A stretch of 64,000 nucleotides of DNA. Source: a virus. The DNA is taken from positions 8,198 through 72,197 of IMG/VR virus record IMGVR_UViG_3300021490_000001. One strand, written 5' to 3'. The notes under the pieces are model-generated. The model was not told the origin of the DNA. It was given only the letters and a program-made list of their open reading frames with translations, and did not search any database. The position numbers and the translations under genes are program-made. The number at the start of each line of letters is the position of its first letter. Positions within the stretch are counted from its first letter, which is position 1. Below, piece after piece: positions 35,301 to 44,920 of the stretch.

Positions 35301-38052
35301 ACCCAAGAGTTGCGATTAGTGTGTTTGTGTTGTTGGTAACTTCTGTTGAATATATTCCGCCGACTTGTGCATCGTTCTTGTAGAATTGAACATATCCTGT
35401 TAATGTATCTCCGCTGCTCGGGTCTGTAATTGTCAAATTTACCAACCAATCTGTGTTGTTGTAGACCGTGTCTGGACTTGTGGCATTTGCTATAATTGTC
35501 GGTGGAGTATTAACCGTAAAATATTGGGTTGTTTCATTCATATTTCCTGCTGTGTCATTTGCATAAATTGTAATGTTATTTAGTCCTTCTATTGCAATTA
35601 TTGTTGTGTTTGATATCCCATTGAATCCATAGAAAACACCATAAGATTCTCCTGCAATAAGATACCAAATACCACTTTTTTGAAATACTGTTGGAGCTGC
35701 ATTCCCTCCAATGTCAGGAAGATTATCCACAATTTTATTATCTGATTGCCATTGTGTTCCTGTCCAATTATAACCAATAAAATTGCCTACATATTGTCCA
35801 ACAATTAAATACCATGTATCGTCTTTATAAAATACATCAGGCGAATTTCCATTCCCACCAGACAGACCGTTTATAATTCCTGTATCGTTTTGCCATTCAC
35901 TTCCTACCCACTTAAAACCATAAAATACGTTATTATTTCCTGAAATTAAATACCATGTTCCATCTTTTTGAAAAACAGTAGGTTTTACTGTGGTTAATGA
36001 GGGAATTGTGAGACCCGTAATAATAGCAGAATCAGATTGCCATGTTGAACCTGTCCAATTATAACCACTAAAATGTGTTGAGTATTTTCCTACAATAAGA
36101 TACCAATTGTCATTTTTTTGAAATATTGTTGGGTTTGAATTCATTCCAACATCGCCAAGACCTGATACTATTGCTGAATCAGACTGCCAAGTTGAGCCAG
36201 TCCAGTTGTAGCCATTGAAAACGCCATCCATTTCACCTGCAATAAGATACCATGTTCCGTCTTTTTGAAAGACTGTTGGTACTGACTTGTCGCCAACATC
36301 GCCAAGACCTGATGTTATTGATGAATCGGACTGCCATTTGTTCGGAAAGCTAATATTACTTCCACCATTCAAACTATATGCTATCCAATCTAAACTTTCA
36401 TCAGTACTCCAATTTAAATCAATATCCGTATAATTATAGGTAATATTTTCCGGAGAATCAATTGTTATTGTTGGGGGGGTGTTGTCATGTGTTTCTTCTT
36501 CTCCGAAATAGTAAGTCGGTTCTGCTGTTGTATATAATGCTCGTAATTCAGATGCAGAAAGAGTTCTATGATATATTCTAAGCTCTTCTAAACTTCCCTT
36601 TAAATAGTCACTAGTGTCTTGTTTTTTCCCTATTTGCAATTTGTATGAATCTCCATCCTGTCTTATTTTTCCAGTGTGAGAATAAGAACCCTGAGGAATA
36701 CCATCTAAGTAATTGTATCCAATATCATTAGTATCATCGAAAGTAAAAGATAATAAATGCCAGTCATTATCAAACCATGATCCATTACTTAAACCGCCGC
36801 GAACTCCACCCGTGTTTTCCCATTGGATAGCCATTTTATGATCAACATTATACCATCTAATCCAAAAGTTATAGTGTCCAGAGGAATACCATGAAGATAA
36901 AAAATGATTGTAGTGTGAAGTATCGCTTAATTTTGTCCAAAAAGTCACTGTCCAATTGTTTGTATTTAACATATTTGATATTGAACAAAGAGTTATGAGA
37001 TCATTTCCATCGAAACTATATGCGCCATTCGAATCTCCTCTCCAACCAGTTGAAAGTGTTGCCCCGCTTACTGCACCGTTGCAGCTGCCCACCCTATCTA
37101 TTGCATCACCATCGAAAGTGTAAAAATTCTTTATGTCTTCACCGAGCGTTTTATCTGCATCACTTGTAGTTTCAGCACTATCATTCCCATAATACATATA
37201 GATTGTTGTGTTTGAAGTGTTCGATATTTCAGGGACTTTAACCCAAACAATTGCGTTTGTGCTTGAAACAGTCTTTTCAATCCAGTAGTCTACTTCCTGC
37301 TCTGTTGTATCATTAAGCCAGGTAAATCGCAGGTCTTTGAAAGTTGAATTCATCTTGCCTGAAACGTAATCAACATCCAATTTCAACTGATAATTGTTGG
37401 ATACATTCAGTCCTGTCCCGTTAATCTGAATTTTTTTTCTGTAAGCAAAGGATGAGTTAAACCATGTGGGGTCAAATAATCTTACATTATATGTTTCATC
37501 ATTAGAATTTATCCTGTATTTAACAGTCAGCTTGCCAACATCTCTCCATTTGTATTTGTATATCCTGGAATAATAATTTCCTTCATCCCATTCAACTTTC
37601 ATTTTATGGCCAAAACTTTGTGGACTTTTTATATCATTTATTGTTTCTCCTGTATAAAGCAAATCTGTTACATCATATTGCAGTATCTTACCTATTGCAT
37701 TATGCACTTGTATCCTATGCTCTACAGGAAACAATTCTACATCTGTAGTATTCGTTAGAAATTTATATGTTTCATTTACGGTTATGTTCTGCTTATAAAG
37801 AACATTGCGCTTTATGATTGTATAATCGCCATCGGATGAGTTTATTACTTCTCGATATTTGGCTCTCATTTTCTTAGTTCCATCGAATAGATTAACCCAT
37901 TCAGTTCCGCTTACAACCCATTGCTCATTTTCCCAAACCTTGAAAATAGATTTGGTTGGCTGTATATCTATTCTAACTGAATCTGGCAACATAATGTAAA
38001 TACTGCAAGTCAGTATTACTAAAATCAATAGTCCTATATGATATTTTTTCAA
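32305..38052 (-). CDS. giant adhesin-like protein (signal/TM segment, DUF2341, LamG, beta-propeller-like repeats, Ig)
   Basis: MKKYHIGLLILVIL; DLRFT...YWIE...VWVKVP...IYMYYGN (DUF2341); WHLLSFTFD...YLDG...ELRIYHRTLS (LamG); PTVFQKDGTWYLIAG repeats. Confidence 0.85.
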   Translation of the reverse strand: MKKYHIGLLILVILTCSIYIMLPDSVRIDIQPTKSIFKVWENEQWVVSGTEWVNLFDGTKKMRAKYREVINSSDGDYTIIKRNVLYKQNITVNETYKFLTNTTDVELFPVEHRIQVHNAIGKILQYDVTDLLYTGETINDIKSPQSFGHKMKVEWDEGNYYSRIYKYKWRDVGKLTVKYRINSNDETYNVRLFDPTWFNSSFAYRKKIQINGTGLNVSNNYQLKLDVDYVSGKMNSTFKDLRFTWLNDTTEQEVDYWIEKTVSSTNAIVWVKVPEISNTSNTTIYMYYGNDSAETTSDADKTLGEDIKNFYTFDGDAIDRVGSCNGAVSGATLSTGWRGDSNGAYSFDGNDLITLCSISNMLNTNNWTVTFWTKLSDTSHYNHFLSSWYSSGHYNFWIRWYNVDHKMAIQWENTGGVRGGLSNGSWFDNDWHLLSFTFDDTNDIGYNYLDGIPQGSYSHTGKIRQDGDSYKLQIGKKQDTSDYLKGSLEELRIYHRTLSASELRALYTTAEPTYYFGEEETHDNTPPTITIDSPENITYNYTDIDLNWSTDESLDWIAYSLNGGSNISFPNKWQSDSSITSGLGDVGDKSVPTVFQKDGTWYLIAGEMDGVFNGYNWTGSTWQSDSAIVSGLGDVGMNSNPTIFQKNDNWYLIVGKYSTHFSGYNWTGSTWQSDSAIITGLTIPSLTTVKPTVFQKDGTWYLISGNNNVFYGFKWVGSEWQNDTGIINGLSGGNGNSPDVFYKDDTWYLIVGQYVGNFIGYNWTGTQWQSDNKIVDNLPDIGGNAAPTVFQKSGIWYLIAGESYGVFYGFNGISNTTIIAIEGLNNITIYANDTAGNMNETTQYFTVNTPPTIIANATSPDTVYNNTDWLVNLTITDPSSGDTLTGYVQFYKNDAQVGGIYSTEVTNNTNTLIATLGYGNYTYWDNLTAEFWAGDGTENTSKSNMTTTVQQLIPNNSVSTLYLNGLSQDRYYELGHVAELKANITNSTGDLINETICLDIDSTNYGDDYICSNGTVEYNWTTDATLDEFNDSTTEFISDEFENDTAWFTLSNYSQIKSAYINISGNTHLRFKKWELNETFGCGVPEDSYDAGDIMYNFSGNEKWTLILAHYDSDSYIGYQWNGTCWEENSTLVNGLYNPEKWINPEFNFNFSGDGNTHLFVGLYTGNWSGYTWNGTGWNVNNSIFSGIHDRLWVTAANVDYNLYNENNWTMMTSSYNADAVGYRNYYYNGSTWIEDTTKVCGLPSSDSYLYQNSETFKSIEGLEISRIITTSRTTFQVYQWNGTCWERDTRFESGWTSNTFPKPIILYNFLDYEIINFELGLHIAPQNGVFSYYRLDLNVDYNNDSIADIELPGYLTENYSYQYNLKDSTYHETEAMLVNEFQSSIRYIRMSKDATIETSNLTLTGAEAPIGTNINDSFDISRVGTPRGMNLDSTGRIQIVGDNGIVFEYNTDGTYQTSFNSTIDGAYGITSNGTHYFITETSTNKTHLLWKNGTYIKELFTAPRLLYDIEYGDDGYLYLMEFNEIYHMFTYFQLTKRNVDGTEITYQNVWRLNSDRLPAYLTYGTFESNNYIYTQSNDYGTGISRYYTSNLSETDSCFGSITTYKISGIENDGDYFYVSDYANNVIHKYTYTKSYPSNVTINIGADEDIEYSMSGDFNDSKNIDLNATSIQQYINSNNCESPACNIPIVFSSLTPGYLTYSDIQINYTYNPIELNETKFQDYVDNKNEKNVDIPLNITANYWGNVTLSNLNISYYGDDNVTITAHFDGNVNYYASNNSHTAKIIWSNFDVTLPRLIENIDYMPLTSNSKNVTPFGQTSSIPIMNISSLSTHRADYAIRFDTQPNSCINETISNTSSKNDGGLLTETLTRYLTLDSLDSNGLWLWRDYFSCTAGGTYPDITYNISACCSDCVSCW

Positions 38053-38405
38053 GTGATCACCTTAAGTATGATTGTAAAGTCCCTGAATGTAGCATGCGTA
38101 TCAGCATTATGAGGTATATTAACCGATTCAACTTGGACAGTCAGGTCTCCATTATCTGTATCATTATAGCTTACTGAATCGAGGCTGTCAGCATATCCCT
38201 TAAGCGTAGCCATATCAGCTTCTCGATTGGCTCCAAATAATCTTCCTTTGAGCGTTATTACATTGCTCATTACTGATACTACCTGTGTCTGTGGTGCTGT
38301 CCTTCCTGGAATAGGTTGAGCCGGGACTAATTTCTTATTTGGCCTGTCTACTATATTACAATATAAACTTACTGAACCTAGTGTTACTGATGTGATCCTT
38401 GTCAT
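38049..38405 (-). CDS. distal tail (Dit-like) protein
   Basis: Directly after tape measure; PIPGR...ITLKG pattern. Confidence 0.55.
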   Translation of the reverse strand: MTRITSVTLGSVSLYCNIVDRPNKKLVPAQPIPGRTAPQTQVVSVMSNVITLKGRLFGANREADMATLKGYADSLDSVSYNDTDNGDLTVQVESVNIPHNADTHATFRDFTIILKVIT

Positions 38406-41344
38406 ACTATCCCCTTAGCTTCTCTTAGTTTGTTTAATATCGAATCTGATATTGTCTCTCCGATTGATTCCTGGTCTGACATCGAGACTCCTGTAAATGT
38501 ATTGTTAACTATTAAAGTTACTTCGCCACTTCCTGCATGTTCTTTAGCTATAACCCTTTCTCCTTTTTGGACAGCAATTATTCTATCAGATGTTATAAAA
38601 CCACCAGAGTGAAAATAATCCCTATATGGAGAATCTTCCTCAGGTGTAAAACCTCTTTTCTTTAATTCAGTAGCAGCGCCATATGCTCCTGATCCTCCTG
38701 ATCTGAGCATGTCAAACAGATCTGCATTAGAATAGTCAGCCCATGTTTTGGAAGGCCCACGTGGCTCAGTAGGAACACGACTACTTCTACCTCCTCCACC
38801 TCCAGTTGCTTCACCTATGTTTACATCATAGCCTCGTAATTCAATAATCTTATTTATTGTCTTTACCATAGCAGAATATAAAGTAATAGTTTGACCTTCT
38901 AAGGTTCCTAAAGCAGAAGTGTATTTTTCTGCATTTTCTCTTGCTACCTTATATAGTGTAGTAGCCTTACTTATGGCTCCATTTACATCTTCTGTTCCAT
39001 TGAATAATAAGTCATTGGCTTTTAGATAGTTATCTTCTATTTCTCTTACATTCAATTGGATTTCTCTTCTCATAGCTCCGAATGACAATTCATATTGCAT
39101 CTGAAGTAATTGGACGCTTGCATTAGCTTCATCGAGTTTTATCTTCTTTTCTTCAAAGGCGATCATCTCATCTTTGTGGGCTAGCTGGAAATCCAGAGAC
39201 TTTTTTTGCTGTTCTTTATTTAGTTCCATCAATGCTTTGGCTTCTGTTTCATACATGACAGTTCCTTTGGAATGTTCTAATAACCTTCGTTGGATCGCTA
39301 TACCCTCAAAACCAGAGCGAAATTCAGTAAGTTTTTGTGCTGATAATGCCTTACCGTAAGTTGAAGTAGGACCATAGTTTAACATCATTTCTTCCTGGAG
39401 TTTCATGGCATTAATCTGGCCTGCAAATATTTCTCTCTCTGCTCCTATTTGACCAACGAATCTTGCTTGAGTAATTGCCCCCATCGTAGATTCTGCGTTT
39501 TTTAGAAGCTTGTTATATATACTGGTTTGAATATTTACGGATTTCTGTTTCAATTCTAAGGCGTTTAGAGTTCGTTCTTGGTTTATTAGAGCTTGAACCC
39601 CTTCTTCATAAGTTAAGTCAAGCCCAGCAAATATCGCTTCTTGCGTCTCTTTAGCTTTTTCTGATGCAGCTATCATTTGAGGAATACTTACCTCTACAGT
39701 CTGAAGCATCATTTTAGCCTGAGCATCGTATGCTTTAAGAAGACCTCTAGCTATCTGGAGAGCTTCAGCGTCCTCCATTCCGAATTTTTCGGCTATTTCT
39801 TTTTGCAATTCTTCTACGCTTCTTTTTGCGCTTGTGAAACCAAGAATTGTTTCCCTTAGACCTTTGGTTAAGTCTCTTGCAGTTTCATATTGTCCAGCCT
39901 TAGTAGCCTGTTGAATCTGCATAGTCATTGGCTGGAATACATCTTCAGCCATAAATCCAAGCCAAGCAGCCATTTCGGAATATTGCTGCATTCCCTGAAC
40001 TTGCATTGCTTTACCTATGCCCTGAGTTAATTCATTGCCTATCTTAGATCCAAGACCTTCAATTGCTTCACCTATAGCAATCTTTCCAGGTCCTGTCGTC
40101 ATTGCTCCTATTAAGGCACTAGCTCCAAGAGCTCCGGAAGTCCACAGCGCACCTGTTTTCAATACTCCCAATAGGCCTCCTTTACTGCCTGCGGAAATGG
40201 CTAGGCCTCCAATTCTTCCTCCTGCTTCGGCAACTAGTCTTCTTTGCAGTGCTGGATCTTCTATTCCTTTACCAACTAATTTTGGACCTAAAAGAGGGAT
40301 TGCTCTGATTAATTCTTTAATGGAATTAGAATTTTTAGCTGTTTCTTTTATTACTTTAGTTGCGACATTAGTAGTGGCTGAGGCTTCTTTTGATCCGAGA
40401 TATGGTGTTTGTGTAAACATCTTAATGCTCTCAGCACGAAGTTGAGCTGTAGTTAATCCAGATGTAGGCCCTAATCCTGCTGCTCTTCTTGCAGCAGATA
40501 ATTCCTGGCGAGTTAGAGCCAACGCATCCTTATGCTTAACTTCAGCTTTAATCAGTTCGTCTACATTGGCAGAAGCTGTGCGTCGTGCTGCACTAAGCTC
40601 ATTCTGTTGTTCGGCTAATGTCCTGTAATATTTTTTGATATCAGAGTTTATTGAGGATATACCCTTGCTGATTTGTCTTTTATCAACAAATAGATTTCCT
40701 TCGCCTCCTTTGTTCTTCAATAAATCATATAATGCAGAGCGATCCGCTTTCGCTTTGGAAATCATTCCTCTTGTTTTATCGATCTCTTCAATCATTTGAG
40801 CCTGCGTTCCTGTCTTCCAGCTTGCTTTTATATCTGTAATTTCTGTTCGTATTTTGCTGATCTGCTTTTCGAGTTGAACTTGTTTTTCCAGGTTCTTAGT
40901 CGTAAATGATTCTAAACTAGCTGACTCTTTTTCTATCTTGAACATATCTTTCAATGATTTAAGAGCTTTTTCCCTGGTAGCTAAGGCTTTAGCTTCATCA
41001 GCAGCATTTATGGCTGTAGTTGCACTTTTAGAAATGTCAGATAGTTGCCCTACAGTTTTTGCTGCTTTGATCGATTTTAATCCTTTATATGCACTATAAC
41101 CAATTATTGATGCATCTATTACTGCACCGCCAAGTTGCATTTTTCCAAGCTCAATTAGCGGTGGGACTACTTTAGATACTTCAGAAGCAAGGCCAGAGTA
41201 GGCACGCAAGGATTTCTCATTAGCGGAGAGTTGGTTTCTATTCATTTCTTCCAGGATTCGAATCATTTCTGCTTCTGTATTTCCTGTAATGTTATTCCCT
41301 ATAGTATCTGCATCTATTATCCTGCCTTTAAATGTCTCTGCCAT
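38402..41344 (-). CDS. tail tape measure protein
   Basis: 980-aa helical A/K/E-rich protein; C-terminal FHSGG...GERVI. Confidence 0.8.
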   Translation of the reverse strand: MAETFKGRIIDADTIGNNITGNTEAEMIRILEEMNRNQLSANEKSLRAYSGLASEVSKVVPPLIELGKMQLGGAVIDASIIGYSAYKGLKSIKAAKTVGQLSDISKSATTAINAADEAKALATREKALKSLKDMFKIEKESASLESFTTKNLEKQVQLEKQISKIRTEITDIKASWKTGTQAQMIEEIDKTRGMISKAKADRSALYDLLKNKGGEGNLFVDKRQISKGISSINSDIKKYYRTLAEQQNELSAARRTASANVDELIKAEVKHKDALALTRQELSAARRAAGLGPTSGLTTAQLRAESIKMFTQTPYLGSKEASATTNVATKVIKETAKNSNSIKELIRAIPLLGPKLVGKGIEDPALQRRLVAEAGGRIGGLAISAGSKGGLLGVLKTGALWTSGALGASALIGAMTTGPGKIAIGEAIEGLGSKIGNELTQGIGKAMQVQGMQQYSEMAAWLGFMAEDVFQPMTMQIQQATKAGQYETARDLTKGLRETILGFTSAKRSVEELQKEIAEKFGMEDAEALQIARGLLKAYDAQAKMMLQTVEVSIPQMIAASEKAKETQEAIFAGLDLTYEEGVQALINQERTLNALELKQKSVNIQTSIYNKLLKNAESTMGAITQARFVGQIGAEREIFAGQINAMKLQEEMMLNYGPTSTYGKALSAQKLTEFRSGFEGIAIQRRLLEHSKGTVMYETEAKALMELNKEQQKKSLDFQLAHKDEMIAFEEKKIKLDEANASVQLLQMQYELSFGAMRREIQLNVREIEDNYLKANDLLFNGTEDVNGAISKATTLYKVARENAEKYTSALGTLEGQTITLYSAMVKTINKIIELRGYDVNIGEATGGGGGRSSRVPTEPRGPSKTWADYSNADLFDMLRSGGSGAYGAATELKKRGFTPEEDSPYRDYFHSGGFITSDRIIAVQKGERVIAKEHAGSGEVTLIVNNTFTGVSMSDQESIGETISDSILNKLREAKGIV

Positions 41345-41542
41345 TTACTTCGCCTGTTTTTTAAACTGCTCGATTATCTTCCTAGCTCTCGCTTGCTCTT
41401 CCTCTATTCTTTTCTTTTTCTCTGCTTTTTCGAAATCGAGGTTATCAAGGAACATAAGCCCAAGGATATCACAGGCTCTTTCTTTTCTTACCTGCGAAGG
41501 AAGCCATCCGCATTTATCTCTAAAATATTGATATGTTTTCAA
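41345..41542 (-). CDS. tail assembly chaperone, downstream (T-like) ORF
   Basis: GWLPSQV motif; between chaperone and tape measure, in the -1 frame. Confidence 0.6.
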   Translation of the reverse strand: MKTYQYFRDKCGWLPSQVRKERACDILGLMFLDNLDFEKAEKKKRIEEEQARARKIIEQFKKQAK

Positions 41543-41847
41543 TTCTTCTGGGATAGCTTCTTTCGAAAATTAACAGGCTTAAATGCATAGATCTCCAACC
41601 AAAGGCTGGTTCCCTCCTGGAAGGTCAAACTCTTTAGGATTTCATTTTTTTCCTGCTCAGATCCTATTATGGATGCTTTTACATGGGACTCAATTTGTTT
41701 GTCTGTCTCACTATTTAATTTTATATACTCGCTATAGTTAAGACACCTGAAAGTTACACTAAAACCATCATTGAAAGTAATGGTTCTAGTTCCATCAGGG
41801 TTGTCTTTTAGTTTATAGTCTGCATCCTTAATTGCTGGTTCAATCAC
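41539..41847 (-). CDS. tail assembly chaperone (G-like)
   Basis: Position after tail tube gene; GAGGTGA RBS. Confidence 0.65.
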   Translation of the reverse strand: MIEPAIKDADYKLKDNPDGTRTITFNDGFSVTFRCLNYSEYIKLNSETDKQIESHVKASIIGSEQEKNEILKSLTFQEGTSLWLEIYAFKPVNFRKKLSQKN

Positions 41848-41858
41848 TCAATCACCTC

Positions 41859-42890
41859 TTAACTCCATGGAGACGCATCTGAATTGTAGATATGGCAACT
41901 ATCGAGAGCTAATGGTCTGATTGCCATAGCAAGTGTAATAGGGGTATTGCCTACGTCCTTAGTAAATCCAGGAGTATCAATTATTGAGTTTTTGAATCCT
42001 ATAAAGATTTCGTCTTTTGTTGTAGTTGCACTACGAGTCATTGTGATATTGAAATTAAAGTCAAAGATAGTTGTGCCTTGTGCCTTGGTTGTGGTTTCAA
42101 CACCACCTGTGGTTCCTGTAAAGAACGCATCATAGTGTTTTCTGTCTGTGAAATCTACATTAAGGATTGCATTGTAATTTCTTCCCTGCTCATGGATTGC
42201 AGAGATGCATCGTTCGTCTCCTGTATCAGTGCAATACATTTTTGGATTAAGATCATTATCGATTGTGACTTCCCAGCGATTTACATTTTCGAATACTTCA
42301 GCTACTGTAGTTGCAGCATTATTTGTCTTGATAACACAGTGATGCCACCTGAAAGGCTCTACATCCGGTGCGCTTGCTGTAAGGACAGTAGTTGCGATTC
42401 TCATATCTTGGGCTATGAAATCAACATTCTCTGTTACAAAACCACCTGAGTCGCCTGAGATCGAATATCTGCTAACTTTGCATCCTTCATATTCTCTAGA
42501 GAATCCACTACCTGCTACCTGGTCATACAAAGTAAACGAAGGGATTTCATCCTTCTCTGCGATTGTATGGTCATAGTAGTCTGCGGTTGTTGTTCCGACA
42601 GGTGAGCTTGTTACGCTTCCAAAGGCCATTTTCAAAAACCATCCATCACTTAGCCATTGTGAAAAAGAATCAGAATAGCTAAGAGGCCCTAACTGAGGTT
42701 GTGGCATGTTTCTTGTATTTACTCCATCAAAGAATCTCTGATCACTGAATCCTTTGTTTTCTGAGCCTGCTGGTCCTGAAATAGGGAACCTTAACTTAGT
42801 GGCTGCTGCTGTTGTAGCTGTTCCATAAGTTGCTTCTTCTGCTACAAATATCTGGCCTGAATAGCCAAATGCTGGTCGTGTAATTGTCAT
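41859..42890 (-). CDS. major tail tube protein
   Basis: AEEATYGT, PSFTL, YEGCKVSRYSISG, WEVTIDNDL. Confidence 0.8.
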   Translation of the reverse strand: MTITRPAFGYSGQIFVAEEATYGTATTAAATKLRFPISGPAGSENKGFSDQRFFDGVNTRNMPQPQLGPLSYSDSFSQWLSDGWFLKMAFGSVTSSPVGTTTADYYDHTIAEKDEIPSFTLYDQVAGSGFSREYEGCKVSRYSISGDSGGFVTENVDFIAQDMRIATTVLTASAPDVEPFRWHHCVIKTNNAATTVAEVFENVNRWEVTIDNDLNPKMYCTDTGDERCISAIHEQGRNYNAILNVDFTDRKHYDAFFTGTTGGVETTTKAQGTTIFDFNFNITMTRSATTTKDEIFIGFKNSIIDTPGFTKDVGNTPITLAMAIRPLALDSCHIYNSDASPWS

Positions 42891-43126
42891 TTCTTATCCT
42901 CTCCTATTTTTGGATTTGTGGGTTTAGTCTTTTCCACTTTCTTTTCTGATTTGGTTTCTATATGCTTGGCGATGAATCTTTTGTCTTTTACTAATTTGCC
43001 TAATTCATCCGGAACTGTCGCTGATACTCCAGGCTCCATATTAAGCCATGTTATTTTTTTTGATGATGGATGTACTAAACCCAATATTCGTTTTCCTTCA
43101 CCTTGTTTTAGTTTGATTTCAAACAT
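42887..43126 (-). CDS. hypothetical protein
   Basis: GGAGG RBS; tail operon. Confidence 0.6.
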   Translation of the reverse strand: MFEIKLKQGEGKRILGLVHPSSKKITWLNMEPGVSATVPDELGKLVKDKRFIAKHIETKSEKKVEKTKPTNPKIGEDKK

Positions 43127-43128
43127 GT

Positions 43129-43587
43129 TTAACTCCTCCAGATAAATAGATTGAAATATGTTCTATTGAAATACATCTTGCTCTGCGGATCGAAATCAAA
43201 AGCCAATCTTAGCGTCGGGGCTCTTGTTATGCTTGTGATTCCAGGGATGCTTGTTGAGTTCGACTCGATGTAGTTCATGACCTGATCCCAAATTCTGTTT
43301 AATAGCTTAGATCCTCCATATTCAACTTCATTTATTGTTCCCTTAACTCCACCTCTCACCAGGATATACATTCTAAGTATGACATTCATTGGCTGGACTG
43401 TAGAGCCCATGTGCATCCGTCCTGGAGTCTCTTTATCCCATATGAAATAAATCCTTGGAGTTTTGGCATTCTCTTCGTATGCACCATAATATATCCAATT
43501 CTTATCCGTTCTATGAATCGGATCTTCTACATTATCACGCAAACCCTCAAGGAGGTTGTCTACAGCTTCGCTAATGTAGTCTGTCAT
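43129..43587 (-). CDS. tail terminator or neck protein (inferred)
   Basis: Size and position before the tail tube; TPRIYF. Confidence 0.5.
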   Translation of the reverse strand: MTDYISEAVDNLLEGLRDNVEDPIHRTDKNWIYYGAYEENAKTPRIYFIWDKETPGRMHMGSTVQPMNVILRMYILVRGGVKGTINEVEYGGSKLLNRIWDQVMNYIESNSTSIPGITSITRAPTLRLAFDFDPQSKMYFNRTYFNLFIWRS

Positions 43588-43589
43588 AT

Positions 43590-44498
43590 TTACCAGTATG
43601 GATTTCCAGTAGCTTCAAGTCGAGATGAAAGCATCTTTCCTCTTGCCCTTAGTGCCTTTTTGATGTAATATTCATATTGTGCTTTATTCCAGTCTGTAGT
43701 TGCTCCTTCCATTTTAAGTGCGGGTTCAGGAGTATCACCATAATGTCCTGATTTGATCAGGCTCATCGTAAGGTGAGCAACAGCAGACTGAATTAAAGAG
43801 TATCCTGCATCTGTAGACACCCATCTTCTACCGCTATCTCTCTCTGCAATCAGCGATGCTTTGGTTACGCTGGTCGTGAAAGCACTTCTTGAGATTTCTT
43901 TTCCAGTGCCAACTTCTGATTCAGTAATCGCGGCGAATTCAGCTGGCGTTACGTAGTTTTTAGTGTGGAGAGAGAAGAATAATTGATCAACCCAGAAGCG
44001 CCCAATAGACGTTCCTGTAATGACTTTTATCTTTGCATGGCTGGCAGTTGATGGTGAAGTTGTGGATATTTCTGAACGAGTCCAGTCTGAGTAAGAATAT
44101 ATTTTATCTCCTTCATCGGAGCTTATTAAGGTGCCTTCATTCGTATACCAATCAATCTGTCCCATGATGTATCCGCTAGAGGAATATGACTTAAGCCAGC
44201 ATCTCATATCATAAGTTGAGCCTGCTGTGATTGGCACATTAAATTGTGTTCTTAAACCGGAAGAATAAATCGTAGATCCCTCGCTGTTAATTTTAAACAT
44301 GCGCGTGCCTTCAATGGGCCTTACTTCATAAGTGGTGCCAACATCGAGATTTTGTTCCATTGAAAATATTGGTGTGGCTCCTGTAGTCGAATAAAAAGAT
44401 TCGTATCCTTCAGGAACATCAGCATCAGTTGCGCTTATAATTTCAAAATTGCCATTATTAAGAATATTCAGGTCTATTTCTCTTGCTTGATAATTCAT
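43590..44498 (-). CDS. carbohydrate-binding-module-like domain fused to a head-tail adaptor-like domain
   Basis: NILNNGNFE...GSTY...WLKS...DWTR...SPSTA...FWVDQL, then NYVTPAEF helical domain. Confidence 0.55.
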   Translation of the reverse strand: MNYQAREIDLNILNNGNFEIISATDADVPEGYESFYSTTGATPIFSMEQNLDVGTTYEVRPIEGTRMFKINSEGSTIYSSGLRTQFNVPITAGSTYDMRCWLKSYSSSGYIMGQIDWYTNEGTLISSDEGDKIYSYSDWTRSEISTTSPSTASHAKIKVITGTSIGRFWVDQLFFSLHTKNYVTPAEFAAITESEVGTGKEISRSAFTTSVTKASLIAERDSGRRWVSTDAGYSLIQSAVAHLTMSLIKSGHYGDTPEPALKMEGATTDWNKAQYEYYIKKALRARGKMLSSRLEATGNPYW

Positions 44499-44559
44499 AT
44501 ATTTCGCCTTGCTTGGCTAGGTTTGTGGCTGGGCATAGCCCAGCCACGAAGGTGATACA

Positions 44560-44874
44560 TTAAGGGATGATGTCTCTTACTTTCGCTTTAACAGCTTTGG
44601 TTGTATTCTGAGTTATATGAACAAGTCCAATTGCTGCGAGGAAAGGGGTGAGATTAGAGACTATGTTTGCAGCCTGTTCATATGGCACGCCTTGCACCGC
44701 TGCTACTATTCCTATCATAGCCCCATAGATGGCTGTGTTCCTAAGTTTTTCCATCTCAAAGGTCATCTTAGGATTCTCAAGTTTCTTCTTCATATACGGA
44801 GCTAATCCGCAAATTATGCCTGCTGTTGCTCCATATACTACAGGCCATAGACCTGCTATAATAGATATATCCAT
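44560..44874 (-). CDS. multi-pass membrane protein (holin-like candidate)
   Basis: Three hydrophobic segments, basic C-terminus, GAGGTG RBS. Confidence 0.6.
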   Translation of the reverse strand: MDISIIAGLWPVVYGATAGIICGLAPYMKKKLENPKMTFEMEKLRNTAIYGAMIGIVAAVQGVPYEQAANIVSNLTPFLAAIGLVHITQNTTKAVKAKVRDIIP

Positions 44875-44920
44875 ATTTACACCTCTAAAGGTTTATGGTT
44901 ATAGTTAGAGTGCATTTTAT

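Noticed and set aside
21462-44805. Many short plus-strand ORFs opposite structural genes
   Set aside because: Antisense shadows of long, motif-supported minus-strand genes
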